A stretch of 64,000 nt of DNA. It comes from Massalongia carnosa. Taxonomy: Eukaryota. A program made the translations under genes and the position numbers. The notes beneath the pieces are model-generated. The model saw nothing but the letters and a program-made list of their open reading frames with translations. It made no database searches and was not told the origin of the DNA. This document shows positions 26,479 through 40,150 of the stretch, in pieces (within the stretch, counting starts at the first letter, position 1; each line of letters opens with the position of its first letter). The DNA lies in NCBI GenBank assembly GCA_965645245.1, contig OZ287072.1, forward strand, positions 1,674,001 to 1,738,000. The letters run 5' to 3'.

Positions 26479-29400
26479 TCTCTGCACATCGTCGCGTGCA
26501 GGGACTCCCCCCCCTTCTCATTTCCTCATGTTTGATGGCCAGTTTTTCCCCCTCTTTGAGATCCAATACGCGATTTTCCGCAGCCTCCGCTTTGGAGCTG
26601 TTTGAATCAGATAAGACGTTCAGAGACAGTCACATGGTGATGACAGGTATCTTGCGATTATCTAGATCTAGGATTAGAACGTATAATCTAATTGATTGTG
26701 GTGCATCTGGCTTTTCATTCATCGATGAGAAATTTGCGCATACTAACCAAATTCCCCTTCATCTTCTCAAATATCCCCGCCGGCTCGAAGGATTCGACGG
26801 CCAAAGGGCTCTATCCGGCAATATCACTCATGTGGCCGAAATCACCATGGATCTAGAAGGTCATGTAGAAAAACTCTTTCTATATGTCACCGGGTTAAAA
26901 AATTATCCCATTATCCTGGGCCATCCATGGCTCCGCCGGCATAACGCCATAGCCGATTTTGGGCATAATACGCTCACCTTTGCCTCCCCCTACTGCCTCA
27001 CTCACTGTTGCCCCCACCCCGTCAAGCTTCAAGCCGTTGAGGAAGAATTCCTCACCCCAGCCGAGAGTCGAAAAATCTGGGATGAAGAGATCCTCGAAGA
27101 CGCCCTAGGAAAAGTTATCAATCAAGACACGTCTATCAGAACGTCGATAACTTCTCTAGAAGAGGGGGAAGAAATTCCCACAATCAAAAATTCCATTCCT
27201 GACAATCCCGTCAAAATCGAGGAATCCATCCCTTTGTTCAAAACCGCGCCGCGCGATTTCACCTTAATCAAACCCGAAATCAATGAACCCGAACCCCAGC
27301 CTCAAAACCCCACCGATGAACCCAGTCGCATTGAAAATGCAATCCAGCAAGGGCTTCCCCCCCCGAAAATCCGATACCGAAGCCCGTCCAAATTGCGGAC
27401 ATCCACCCAAAGACGTGCTCATCAAGCAGCACGCAAAACCACCCCGCAGATGAATGTCTGCGAAATCGGAGCTATCTCCTTCAATCGACTGACTCGGAAG
27501 AAAAACCACGATAGTTTCGCCCTGTCCATGAAAGAAATTGACCTCTTTCTAGGAAAAACCAACCCCGAACCTCTAGTAATGAAAGCCTCACCTAGTTCAG
27601 CCCCCGATTTGATCGAAAAAGCCAAAAAACCCAGCCCAGCCTACCAACCATTGCCATCTCGAGCAAGCCCGCACGAGAAAGAAATCCACCTAGCCTTATT
27701 CAAGATGAATAAGGCCCTAACCCTAGCCACCGCCGTGACTCGTGAAGAGTTAGACGCTTACCGAGAAAGTAAGAACGTCGACCCAGCCCCCCTTCTGCCC
27801 AAGCAATACCACGAATTCCTAGATGTCTTCTCGAAGAAGAAATCCGAAGACTTGCCCCCCCGCCGTCCCTACGATCATGCCATAAACCTGAAAGAAGGTA
27901 CGCAGGCCCCTAGTCAGGCCCTGTATGGTATGAGTCGTACCGAAATCGAGGAGCTCCGCCGCTACCTCGACGAAAATCTAGCCAAGGGATTTATTCGGGC
28001 TAGTCGCTCCCACGCCGCCTCCCCGGTGATGTTCGTGAAAAAGCCAGGTGGGGGACTTCGATTTTGCGTGGATTATCGTGCTCTGAATGCCATCACGATT
28101 AAGGATCGCTATCCGCTGCCCTTGATCGCCGAGACCCTGCACCAATTAATCAAAGCCAAGATATTCACCAAGATAGACATCATCGCCGCCTTCAATATGC
28201 TCCGCATACGAGAAGGAGACGAAGAACTCACCGCTTTTCGCACTCGTTTCGGCCTTTTCGAGTCCTTGGTCCTACCCTTCGGCCTATGCAACGGGCCCGG
28301 CTCATTTCAGCACTTCATCAACGATACGCTTCACGAGTATCTTGCTGACTTTTGCACTGCGTACCTAGATGATATCCTCATCTACAGTGACAATGAGCTG
28401 GAGCACGAGGTCCACGTCAAAAAAATCCTGTCTCGACTCCGAGATGCAGGCCTGCAAGCCGACATCACCAAGTGCAAGTTCCATGTCACCGAAATTGCAT
28501 ACCTAGGGATGATCGTGACCACCGAAGGGATAAAAATGGACCCGGCCAAGGTGGAAACCGTCGTCAATTGGCCAAACCTCGTCAATGTGAAAGATGTGCA
28601 AAGCTTTCTGGGTTTTGCTAACTTTTATAGACGATTCGTGTATGGGTTTAGCGACATAGCTGGCCCCCTAACCAACCTGACCAAGAAGGAGACGGAATTC
28701 CTGTGGACTGACAAATGCCAATTGGCATTCGAAATGCTGAAAAAAGCTTTCACCTCCGATGTCATTCTCAGGCATTTCGACCCCGATCGTCCCATCATCG
28801 TCGAAACCGATGCCTCCGACTATGTTTCGGGGGGCATTCTTTCTCAATACGACGATGATGGGATACTTCACCCCGTCGCCTACTTCTCAAAGAAGCACAA
28901 TCCCGCCGAGTGCAACTACGAGATCTATGACAAAGAACTGATGGCAATCGTTCGATGTTTTGAAGAATGGCGACCCGAACTAGAAGGATCTGCCTTCCCC
29001 ATCAGCGTCATATCCGACCACAAAAACCTGGAGTATTTTGCCTCCACCAAGCAGCTCAGCCGTCGCCAAGCTAGATGGAGCGAATTTCTCTCTCGATTTG
29101 ACTTCAAGATAGTCTATCGACCAGGAAAAGCCGGAGGAAAACCGGACGCTCTAACTCGTCGATCGGGAGATCTTCCTAAAGAAGGGGATGATACGGACGA
29201 GCGAAGGAAATTTCAACACCAAACCATTTTGAAAACCGAAAACCTGGATGAGGAAGTCGCAAAATGTTATTTGCGATCCATTCTTCTGGCACCAGCTTTC
29301 CTAGATGATGCAGATATCGAAGAAGCAGAACCTCAGCTAGATGAGGACCTCATCGATCCCGATGAGGATATCTCCACGGAGCTCCTCTGGGAACAAGCCC

Positions 29401-30923
29401 TGACACGAGACCAATTCGCCCCCGAAGTCCTGGAAGCCCTTCGTAATAACGAGAGGCATCACAATCGAATCCAATTAGCCGAATGCGAAGATAGGGACGG
29501 TATCTTGTATTTTCGAAACAAGAAATACGTACCTCGATCCGATCGTCTGAGGCTTCGTATCATTCAACTCGCTCACGATAGCGTCGCCGGCGGACATCCG
29601 GGCCGTTCCAAATGCCATGAGTTGGTAAATCGATCCTACTGGTGGCCCAGCATGCATCAGTCCATCAAGCGATTTATCCGAAACTGCCACACTTGCAGAA
29701 GATCAAAACCATCCCGCCAGCGCTATCAGGGCTGGCTACGCCCACTCCCCCCCCCCGAGCGCAGATGGCGGGATATTTCCATGGATTATGTAGGCCCCCT
29801 GACCCCCAGCACCTTGATTGGAATCACTTATCGCTACATCTTGGTGGTTATAGATCGCCTGTCCAAGATGCGACATTTCATTCCTATCACGTCCATGGAA
29901 GTTGAAGACGCCGCCGATGCGTTCTATCAGAATGTCTGGAAACTACATGGGCTTCCCGAAGCCATGGTTTCTGATCGTGGCCCCCAATTCGTCTCCGATT
30001 TCTGGCAGCTCATGTGCAAGAGGCTGAAAATCGACGCCAAGCTATCCACCGGATACCACCCGGAGACCGACGGGCAGACCGAGCGAGCCAACGCCACCAT
30101 GGAGCACTACCTAAGGGCTTATGTCAACTACATGCAGGATGACTAGGCACAATGGCTTCCTGGCGCCGAATTCGCCAGCAATAACACCGATTCATCTAGT
30201 ATCCTGGCCTCCCCCTTCCTAGCCAACTTCGGGCAACATCCCCGCATGGGATTTGAACCGGAGGAACCCCTGCCGCAAGACCTAACCGCTCAGGGCAGAG
30301 CAAACCTAGTTGCAGCCAATCAGTTCGTGAATAAGATGCAGGATATCGACACTCATCTTCGAGACGAAATGCTGATGGCCCAAGCTTCGTACGAAGCAAC
30401 TGCAAATGCTAACCGACGTCCCTGCCCCCGCTATTTCGTTGGCGATATGGTGTGGCTAAGCACCAGAAATATCCAAACCACTCGCCCCACAGTCAAGCTG
30501 GATGACCGAAATATCGGCCCCTACCGCGTCAGCAAGGTGTTTTCCAACCCCTTGATCGTACAGCTGGAGCTTCCCGATACCGTCAAAATCCATCCCGTCT
30601 TTCACGTCAATCTGTTGCAGCATGATGCCAATGACCCCCTCCCCGGGCAGAGACCGGAGCCTAGAGACCCCGTCATCGCCGAAGATGGCCAACGAGAATG
30701 GTATGTCAATAGGGTATTGAATTCCAAGCTCGACCGACGTTTTCAACCCCCGCTTCTGAAATACCTAGTGGATTGGGAAGAGCATCCTTCCACCTGGGAG
30801 CCTTTCAACTATCTCATCAATTGTCAGCAAGTCATAGACGAATACCACCAAGCCTATCCCAATGCGGCCGGCCCTCATCTAAACCCCTGTCAAATTCCCC
30901 GTTGCCAATGCCACGAGGCATAG
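26466..30923 (+). pseudogene. pol: Gypsy-1 Pol in the -1 frame, one premature stop (TAG 30144-30146)
   Basis: LIDCGAS protease, RFCVDYRALN and [17 protein letters not shown] RNase H, HHCC plus SMDY/SDRG/QTER integrase, chromodomain; the stop replaces the TGG seen in the two sister elements. Confidence 0.93.
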
Positions 30924-32936
30924 ATAAGATGGCATCGCAGGAGCTCTGCCTTGAAGGGGGAGCTACTGTCATGAAATGCCTCCGACCTCACCACGTGCCT
31001 CTATCACGTGCCTTGATCTGATGACTACTCACGGACGTCGTGCCATGCCTTCGGGACCCTCATATCATTCTTCGAATTCGCCGATTACTGATCATTAATC
31101 AGCCTCGCATTGATGATTTATTCCCGTCTTTCGACTATTATCATGTCTAATAGCTTCGCATTGATGTTTGACATCTCCCGTCTCCTCGCTGACCCCATCG
31201 TGCTTATTGCCGCTATAATGCCCCTCATTCATCATCGCACTGACTAGACATCATTCGCCGCCACCCTAGAAAGATGAATATGGGAGGACAAAGATATAAG
31301 AAAGAAGTCGAATCATGGAAGTTCTGATTCTTTGTCGAACGTCTTGAATAGCCAACCTAGCCTAGCCTAGATTCATAGCTATAGACTCAATCAATAAGCT
31401 TGACCATCAACCCACCTTGCCTTTGCCCTTGCCCTCGACCTGATTTCGTGACACTGATCCAATGTGCGACTATATTTGGCCTGCAAACCGGGATGACGAT
31501 GTAAAAAATGCTGTTGCCAATTAACTCCCAGGGCAGTTTGATTTCCCCTTGCTCGCAATAATTCCATGGCCATTTGACGCAATTGAGCGACTTTAGCAGG
31601 CCAGCCCCAGGCGTACAATTGTAAAACACAGTCCTTCAAAGCGTCCTCTTCTTCAGGTGTCAACAGCTGTCTGACTTGATCGGATGAAAATCGTGGTTGA
31701 CGACCCTGATTGCGAGCATGAAGGGTGGACTTTGAAACGCCATACAGAGCAGCTGCCTTCGTGATGGAAAGAGTCTTGTCGGTCTGTTTCCAGGCCAGAA
31801 AAGCTGATTGTAATCGTTGTTGATACGCGGAGGTGGGGTGGTAAGAAGGAAGCTTGGAGGTTTTTTTAGAGGTGGATTTTTTACAAACAGCCATGATTAT
31901 ACTGTTTAATAAGATGATATTGACTAGTTTTATTGTTTGAAGCTACTTTTGTATGGAAAATGTATGATGAAAAGGCTTCAACATGTAAGATAGTCCAAAT
32001 ATTGATATTTTCGGATTTTCTTAGTCCCGTTGAGCGGTTTGTCCCGTTGACTAGTGAATTACGTTAGTATGGGGACTTAACTTATTATGGAGGTGTTTTC
32101 GTAGTACACGAAGTATCCCCTCGCTTCGCCTTTCCTCCCCTAGCTCGCCTGCCAAGTCTCATCTACCCGTGTCTTTCGGTGACCGAAGTGTTTCGGTGAC
32201 CGAAAATACCAGGTAGTATGGGCAAGGTACGGAAGAAGAGCTTAGGTTGTGGATTGTCCTATTCTATATAGATTAATGATCAAGCACTTCAAAAGGGTAG
32301 CATTTAGTCTACCCTTTGACCCGACCCAACCTATTTTGTACCTCTATTGTGACCATTACTTTGTGTAGCCCCTGTGGATCCCGTCTTCCAGTAGTGAATG
32401 CCTGCTGGGAGAAGGTCTCCCCGTTTCAGGACCTGTCTCTAGACACAAGGTCTAGACAACGAGGTCATGTAGGTTCATTCAGCCGACATCACTACCAACG
32501 TAGTAATAAAGTTTGAAGCTGAAGTTCACACCGGGGAGGCCATACTCAAGCTGCGTCCAGCGAGCCGTGCCTCCTGCTACCTCTCTTGATCCATCAAGAG
32601 ATCCAGTAGCTCCGAGTAGGCCAGTAGATTCCATATAGAGTTCCTCGGCGTCTCCACAGGAGTCCGCCTTACACTCCATGGCAATCTACCACTACGGCCT
32701 CGACAGGTGTTTGATCTGTAAGTAGTCAAGAACGTGATAACAATAACTCCGAAGTTTCGGGGCAAGATGGCAGTATGTTAGCCTCGACGGCTTATGCGAC
32801 TTCGTACTACGGCATGGTCCACGCTAGTAAATCCCGCAACCGCCATAGGCGATCACGTATCCCTCTAGCGCCATCCGTATTACAGATATAGTATCAGGGG
32901 GAGAGGGCAAATATGATTTTCATTAGCAAGCTTTAT

Positions 32937-35900
32937 TACGCCGCGCAACGGGTCGGGTTGAGTCGAGTTTTGACTAGTCGAACCCGACCCGCTACTAGGT
33001 TGGGGAACCTGTAGGGCTCAGCCCGCTGGGTTGGGGAACTGTTCCCGGGTTAACCCGTTTGACCCGTTCGACCCGGTCGATTTTTTATGTCATTTTTAAA
33101 CATGTTTTTAGACATTTTAAACATATTTGAAAATTCTGAAAATTCTGAAAATTCTGAAAATTCTGAAAATTCTGAAAATTCTGAAAATTAGTCATCAAGA
33201 AATGATGATTAGTAAGCAGAAAATATATCTGTTTAAACGTTATATTTTCGTCGAATTTTCATATTTTATTTGCAGAAAAAACTGACCGGGTTGAACGGTT
33301 TAACCCAGAAACCCGCATAAATAACCCGAACCCGTCGGGTCGGGTTCGAGGGAGTCTGTCATGAAACGGCTTCGAACCAAAAGGATCTCGGCCTTATCCC
33401 TAGTTGCCCCCTCTATCCTGTCCCTACCTACCGTACCGCAGGTTCATTGGAACTACCGCTGGTTCATTGGACCTACCGCGGGTTCATTGGACCTACCGCA
33501 GGTTCATTAGACCTATCACAGCTTCATTGGTCAGTGCGCGCTGTTCTAACCTTTCTCGATGCGGTTAGATCGAGTACGGCTCCGCATCCGATCATCGAAA
33601 CCATAATTACCCGGTCCCCATTAGGTGTCTTCGTATTAACTTAGGAAAATGAGATGAATAGGAGACATCGAAGATTAAGGAAACAAAGGGGTAAGGAGGT
33701 GAGGAACAGATATAAAAGAAGGGGTCGAGTCTCGAAAGTTCTGGCTCCTTGTCCGACGTCTTGAATAGTCAATCTAGCCTAGCTGTAGCTATAGACTCAG
33801 TCAATTAGAAAGCTTGACCATCCAATCCAGTCCCTTGACATTACGTCGGACCTATCCCTTAAAAAGTGCCTTCCATAGCACTTTTCTCTATCCATTCCTT
33901 TTTCAACCCAGCCATGTCTTCTCAGGAAGAAAACCCCCCTCATCAGGACGAGCGTGTGAGATTTGTTTAGGAACGTCTTCAATCCAACCCTCAACAGTTC
34001 TTGAACGAAATGGAAGCCATGTCGATCGAATTAGCTCAGCTTCGCGCCGCTGTCAAAACCCCATCCCCGTCCGCCTCAGATCCCCCCGTCTCGACTCTCA
34101 ACCCAGCTCTCGCCCCATCCTTGGATCCCCAGATAGCTGCCCTGATGAAGCTACTCCTAGCCAGGAACCCCGAACCACGTTCAAAAAAGATCCCAGATAT
34201 TCCGGAATACGACGGGGACGAAGCTCGACTGGACGCCTGGGAACAAAGCCTCATTCAGCGAATGCATATAAACCATGATCGCTATCCCTCCGACAAATCC
34301 AAAATCGCGTATGCAGAAAATCGACTAATCATCGGAAAAAAGGCTCACAACCTCATGAACTCCTATCGAGTTTACGGCCTTTGCACACTGACCTCCTTCT
34401 CCGACTGGCAATTCGCTCTTCGTCGTGCCTGTGGCAACCACTACGAACAAGAAGATGCTTGAAAATATCTCCGAGAAACGTTGAAACAGGGCAGTATGAG
34501 CTTTGAGGAATACTATAACCTGTTCTCCCAAAAGAAGGATCGCTCGAGAATGGAGGACGCCTCTCTGATTGACGCTACGAAGACAAACGTCAACTATTCA
34601 ACTCAGTCAGCGGCCCTCATGTATCGGGTACCGGGTACCAATCGACAACCGATTACCATCGATGAACACGTCACCATGTGGTTGGAGACGGACCGCGGCC
34701 TGCGTCAAATTCGTCACCTCGCCCCTAAATCTTCCAACACTACCGCGGGACTCAATGCTTCGGCCGCCATCACCTCAACGTCCCGAAAGGGACAATCAAC
34801 CAATCAGCCCTCGGCAGTCAGAGCTGCTTCTGTCCCCTCCTCTTCCACCCCCCCAGCACCTCTGCCCGTCGGCGACCCGATGGATCTTAGCTCTGCTATG
34901 GCCGCAGTCAAGGGCCATTCACTAAAAACCGAGGGAGTTAGGAAGATTTGCGAAGACTGGAAGCTCTGTTTTTATTGCAAATACCAGCATCCCGGGAAGT
35001 CAGCCATTGACTGTCCCAATAAAAAATCAACTCACCTTCGAACCATAGATCTCATCCCCGAGGGTCCTAATAACAATCAGGAAAAAGCCTAGTCCCTGCG
35101 CTTAGTCGCGTGCAGGGACCTCCCGTTTTCATCTCTTCTTGTTTGATGGCCGACTCATTTTCCCCTTTTCTAAGGTCTAATACTCGTTTTTCCGTAGCGT
35201 CCGCTTTGGAGCTGTTCGAATCAGATAAAACGTTCAAAGACAGCCACATGGTAGTTGCCTGTACTTTACGTTTATCTAGATTCAGAATTAAAACATTTAA
35301 CCTTGTCGATTGTGGTGCATCTGGCTACTCATTTATTGATGAAAACTTTGCGCAAACTCATCAAATCCCTCTTCATCCCCTCAAATATCCTCGACGCCTT
35401 GAAGGATTTGACGGCCAGGCAGCCCTATCCGAAAACATCACCAAGGTGGCTGAAATTATCATGGACCTAGAAGGGCATGTAGAAAGATTATTTCTATTTG
35501 TCACCGGATTAAAACATTACCCAATTGTCCTGGGTCACCCATGGCTTCGACGGCACATTGCTGTAGCTGATTTTGGAAACAATACCCTCACCTTTGCCTC
35601 TCCTTTCTGCCTCACTCATTGTTGCCCCTATCCTGTCAAGATTTATGCCATTGAGGAAGAATTCCTCACCTCAGTCGAAAGTCAGAAAGTCTTGGAGGCT
35701 GAGGATGTCAACTCAGTCAAGAAAGTTTTCGAAGACATCACGTCCATGCAAATTATCAGTACGTCGAAAACTTTCCTATAACAAGAGGAAAAAAATACCT
35801 CTTCAACTAAACAAATCGAGCCCAAAATCGAAACCCCCCTCGAGCCCCTATCAAATGATAAACCGAGCCGTATCGAGAAGACAATTCAGCAAGGACTCAC

Positions 35901-38900
35901 TCCGAAAATTCGATATAATAGTCCTTCTTCACTTCGTACATCTACTCAAAGACGTGCCGAACAGAAAGCACGCAAAAACATCCCTAGCCTGCAGCTAAAC
36001 GTCTGCGAAATCGAAGCCGCCTCCTTCAACCGACTAAGCCGGAAGAAAAATCACGATATCTTTGTTCCTTCGATGAAAGAAATCGATCGCTTCTTAGGAA
36101 TGGAAGCCTCACCTAGCCCAGTTCCCAGGCTAGCCCTCAATCAAAGTCCCAGCCTAGTTATCAATTCTAGTCCCAGCCCAAGTTATCAACCATTGTCCCC
36201 CCAGTCGAGTCTCAGTGAAAAGGAAATCCATCTAGCCCTATTCAAAATGAATAAAGCCCTAACCTTGCACGCAACCGTTACCCAAGAGGAATTAGACGAA
36301 TATCGGGAAAGAAAAAACGTCGATCCAGCTCCTTTTCTGCCCAAGCAATATCACGACTTCCTAGATGTTTTTTCAAAGAAAAACTCCGACATCCTACCCG
36401 GTCACCGCCCGTACGATCATACAATCAAGTTAAAAGAAGGCACTCAGGCCCCTAGTCAGGCTCTTTATGGAATGAGTCGCAATGAAATCGAGGAGCTTCG
36501 TCGTTATCTAGATGAGAATTTAGCTAAAGGATTTATTAGAGCTAGTCGCTCTCACGCTGCCTCACCAGTAATGTTCGTCAAAAAGCCTGGAGGAGGACTT
36601 CGCTTTTGTGTTGACTATCGAGGCCTAAATGCCATTACGATAAAGAATCGCTATCCGCTACCTCTGATCGCCGAGACACTAAATCGATTGTCTAGAGCCA
36701 AGATTTTCACCAAGCTAGACATCATCGCCGCCTTCAACAGGCTTCGAATAGAAGAAGGAGATGAAGAACTCACCGCATTTCGCACTCGTTTTGGCCTGTT
36801 CGAGTCTCTGGTCCTGCCATTCGGTCTGTGCAACGGACCCGCCTCTTTTCAACATTTTATTAATGACACCCTTCGCGAGTATCTTGACGACTTCTCCACG
36901 GCCTATTTAGATGACATTCTCATCTACAGCAATAATGAGCTAGAACACGAGACACACGTCAAGAAAATACTCTCCAGACTTCGAGACGCTGGTCTGCAGG
37001 CCGATATCACCAAATGCAAATTTCACGTGACCAAAATTGCATACCTAGGGCTGATTGTGACCACAAAGGGAATAAAGATGGACCCAGCCAAAGTGGAAAC
37101 CGTCACGAACTGGCCAATTCCCGTCACTGTGAAAGACGTGCAAAGCTTTTTGGGATTTGCTAACTTTTATAGACGATTCGTGTATGGATTTAGCAACATA
37201 GCCGGGCCCCTAACCAATCTGACTAAAAAGGAAACGGAATTTCGATAGACTGAAAAATGTCAAACCGCTTTCGAAATCTTGAAAAAAGCCTTCACCTCCG
37301 ACGTTATATTGAGACATTTCGATCCGGATCGTCCAATAGTCGTAGAAACCGACGCCTCCGACTATGTGTCGGGTGGCATTCTTTCTCAGTATGATGATAT
37401 GGGAGTGCTTTATCCTGTCGCCTACTTTTCCAGAAAACACAATCCGGCTGAATGCAACTATGAGATATATGACAAAGAATTAATGGCAATTGTTCGATGT
37501 TTCGAAGAATGGAGATCAGAATTGGAAGGATCTGCATTTCCTAATAACGTCATATCTGATCATAAAAACCTCGAATACTTTGCCTCGACTAAACAACTCA
37601 GTCGTCGTCAGGCCAGGTGGAGTGAATTTCTTTCTCGTTTTGAATTCAAGATAGTCTACCGACTAGGAAAAGCGGGAGGAAAACCGGACGCTTTGACTCG
37701 ACGATCAGGAGATCTTCCTAAAGAAGGGGATGATACGGACGATCGAAGGAAATATCAGCATCAAACTATTCTAAAAACCGAAAACCTAGACGAGGAAATC
37801 GCAGAAAGCTATATTTCTTCCATTCTTCTAGCCCCAGCCTTTCTAAATAACGAAGAACCTCACCCCGAAGAACTTCAGCTAGACGAGGGCCCAATCAATC
37901 CAGATGAGGATATTACTACTCAGCTTCTTTGGGAACAAGCCCTCGTACGAGATCAATTCGCACCCAGAATTCTAGAAGCTCTTCGCAATAACGAAAGACA
38001 TCATAATCAAAGTCAGCTAGCAGAATGCGAAGACAGAGAAGGTGTCCTATATTTTCGGAATAAGAAATATGTGCCTCGATCAGACCGCCTACGACTTCGT
38101 ACTATTCAACTTGCCCACGATAGCGTCGCCGGAGGACATCCAGGCCGTTCCAAATGTCACGAATTAGTAAATCGAACATATTGGTGGCCTAGTATGCATC
38201 AGTCCATCAAAAGATTTATTCGGAATTGCCACACCTGCAAAAGATCAAAACTATCTCGTCAGCGTTATCAAAGCTGGCTGCGTCCGCTACCCCCTCCAGA
38301 ACGTAGATGGCGTGATATCTCCATGGATTATATAGGACCACTGACTCCCAGCACCTTTATGGGAATCACCTATCACTATATCTTAGTGTTTATAGACCGT
38401 CTTTCCAAAATGCGACACTTTGTCCCCACAGCAACCATGGAAGTTGAAGAAGCGGCTAATTATTTCTATCAGAATGTCTGGAAATTGCATGGCCTTCCCG
38501 ATGTCCTGGTCTCCGACCGTGGCTCCCAGTTTACCTCCGACTTCTGGGAACTGATGTGCAAAAGGTTGAAAATCGATGCTAAACTTTCCACTGGTTATCA
38601 TACTGAGACTGATAGACAAACCGAAAGAGCTAATGCCACTATAGAGCATTATCTTAGGGCTTATGTCAACTCCATGCAAGATGACTGGGTACAATGGCTT
38701 CCCGGCGCCGAATTCGCTAGCAATAACACCGACTCTTCTAGTATTCTGGCCTCCCCCTTCCTAGCCAACTTGGGACAACATCCTCGTGTGGGATTTGAAC
38801 AGGAGGAACCGTTACCTCAAGACTTGACCGCTCAGGGAAGGGCAAACCTGATTGCAGCCAATCGGTTTGTGGACAAAATACAGGACATCGATACTCATCT

Positions 38901-40150
38901 CCGAGACAAAATGCTAATGGTACAAGAATCTTATGAATCAACCGCAAATGCTAATCGACGTCCCTGCCCCCGCTATTTTGTAGGAGATATGGTATGGCTA
39001 AGCACCAGAAAAATCCAGACCGCCCGCCCAACAGTTAAATTAGACGATCGAAACATCGGTCCCTATCGGGGCAGCAAGGTTATTTCCAACCCACTGATTG
39101 TTCAAATCGAACTTCCCGATACCGTCAAAATTCATCCCGATTTTCACGTCAATCTATTGCAACACGACGCGAATGACCCGCTTCCCGGACAAATACCGGA
39201 GCCTCAAAACCCCGATATTGCTGAAGACGGCCAGCGAGAATGGTATGTAAATAGCATTCTGAATTCCAAACTCGATCGACGTTTCCAACCCCCACTTCTG
39301 AAGTATCTTGTCGGCTGGGAAGGATACGCCTCCACCTGGGAACCATTCAACTATATCACCAACTGTCAGCAAGCCCTAGACAAGTATCATCAAGCTTACC
39401 CCAACGCGGCTGGCCCTCATCTCACCCCGTGCCAAATTCCTCGTTGTCGGTGTCGTGATTAAAATTGCATCGCAGGAGCTCTGCCTTTGAGGGGGGAGCT
39501 ACTGTCATGAAACGGCTTCGAACCAAAAGGATCTCGGCCTTATCCCTAGTTGCCCCCTCTATCCTGTCCCTACCTACCGTACCGCAGGTTCATTGGAGCT
39601 ACCGCGGGTTTATTGGACCTAACGCAGGTTCATTGGACCTAACGCAGGTTCATTGGACCTAACGCAGGTTCATTGGAACTACCGCTGGTTCATTGGACCT
39701 ACCGCGGGTTTATTGGACCTACCGCAGGTTCATTAGACCTACCACAGCTTCATTGGTCAGTGCGCGCTGTTCCAACCTTTCTCGATGCGGTTAGATCGAG
39801 TACGGCTCCGTATCCGATCTTCGAAACCATAATTACCCGGCCCCCATTAGGTTTCTTCGTATTAACTTAGGAAAAGGAGATAAATAGGAGACATCGAAGA
39901 TCAAGGAAACAAAGGGGTAAGGAGGTGAGGAACAGATATAAAAGAAGGGGTCGAGTCTCCAAAGTTCTTGCTCCTTGTCCGACGTCTTAGATAGTCAATC
40001 TAGCCTAGCTGTAGTTATAGACTCAGTCAATTAGAAAGCTTGACCATCCAATCCAGTCCCTTAACAGAGTCCAACCCGACCCGAAAACCCGACTCAAACA
40101 TGACGGGATAGGTAACTAGACAGGTTAAACCTAACCCGTTGCGCGGCGAA
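32937..40150. mobile_element. hAT-like MITE, copy 2 (inverted relative to copy 1), split by Gypsy-2
   Basis: TIR TACGCCGCGCAACGGG / CCCGTTGCGCGGCGAA, 8-bp TSD AGCTTTAT, AACCCG subterminal repeats, 9-bp TTCTGAAAA array at about 33130-33188. Confidence 0.88.
33357..40066 (+). mobile_element. Chromovirus-type Ty3/Gypsy element 2, decayed; LTRs 33357-33840 and 39503-40066
   Basis: TSD GAGTC; gag about 33914-35092 (stop at 34460), pol to 39462 (frameshift near 35770, TAG at 37246); clear homolog of element 1 with a different LTR U3. Confidence 0.97.

Larger units (their letters stand above)
24773..31453 (+). mobile_element. Full-length chromovirus-type Ty3/Gypsy element 1; LTRs 24773-25259 and 30967-31453
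   Basis: Two 487-bp LTRs identical by eye, TSD CTGAT, PPT GAAGGGGGAG, gag and pol with PR-RT-RH-IN-chromodomain order. Confidence 0.98.
22513..32064 (-). mobile_element. Fot1/pogo-type DNA transposon B, transposase interrupted by a Gypsy element and a solo LTR
   Basis: 44-bp TIR ACGTAATTCACTAGTCAACGGGACAAACCGCTCAACGGGACTAA at both ends, TA TSD; HTH N-terminus 31894-31454, DDE core (IYNIDEKG, LMVDGHASH, LQPLDVSVF) 24772-24066, C-terminus to 22673. Confidence 0.95.
22390..32428 (+). mobile_element. Solo LTR (about 485 bp: 22390-22512 plus 32067-32428) split by transposon B
   Basis: TGTAAT...GTTTCA with TSD GGACC; TATATA near 32265. Confidence 0.75.
21307..32884 (+). mobile_element. TG..CA-bounded non-coding LTR-derived element (about 1 kb of own sequence) hosting further insertions
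   Basis: TGTAAT at 21307, ATTACA at 32884, TSD GATAT; removing it restores the transposase A frame. Confidence 0.72.
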
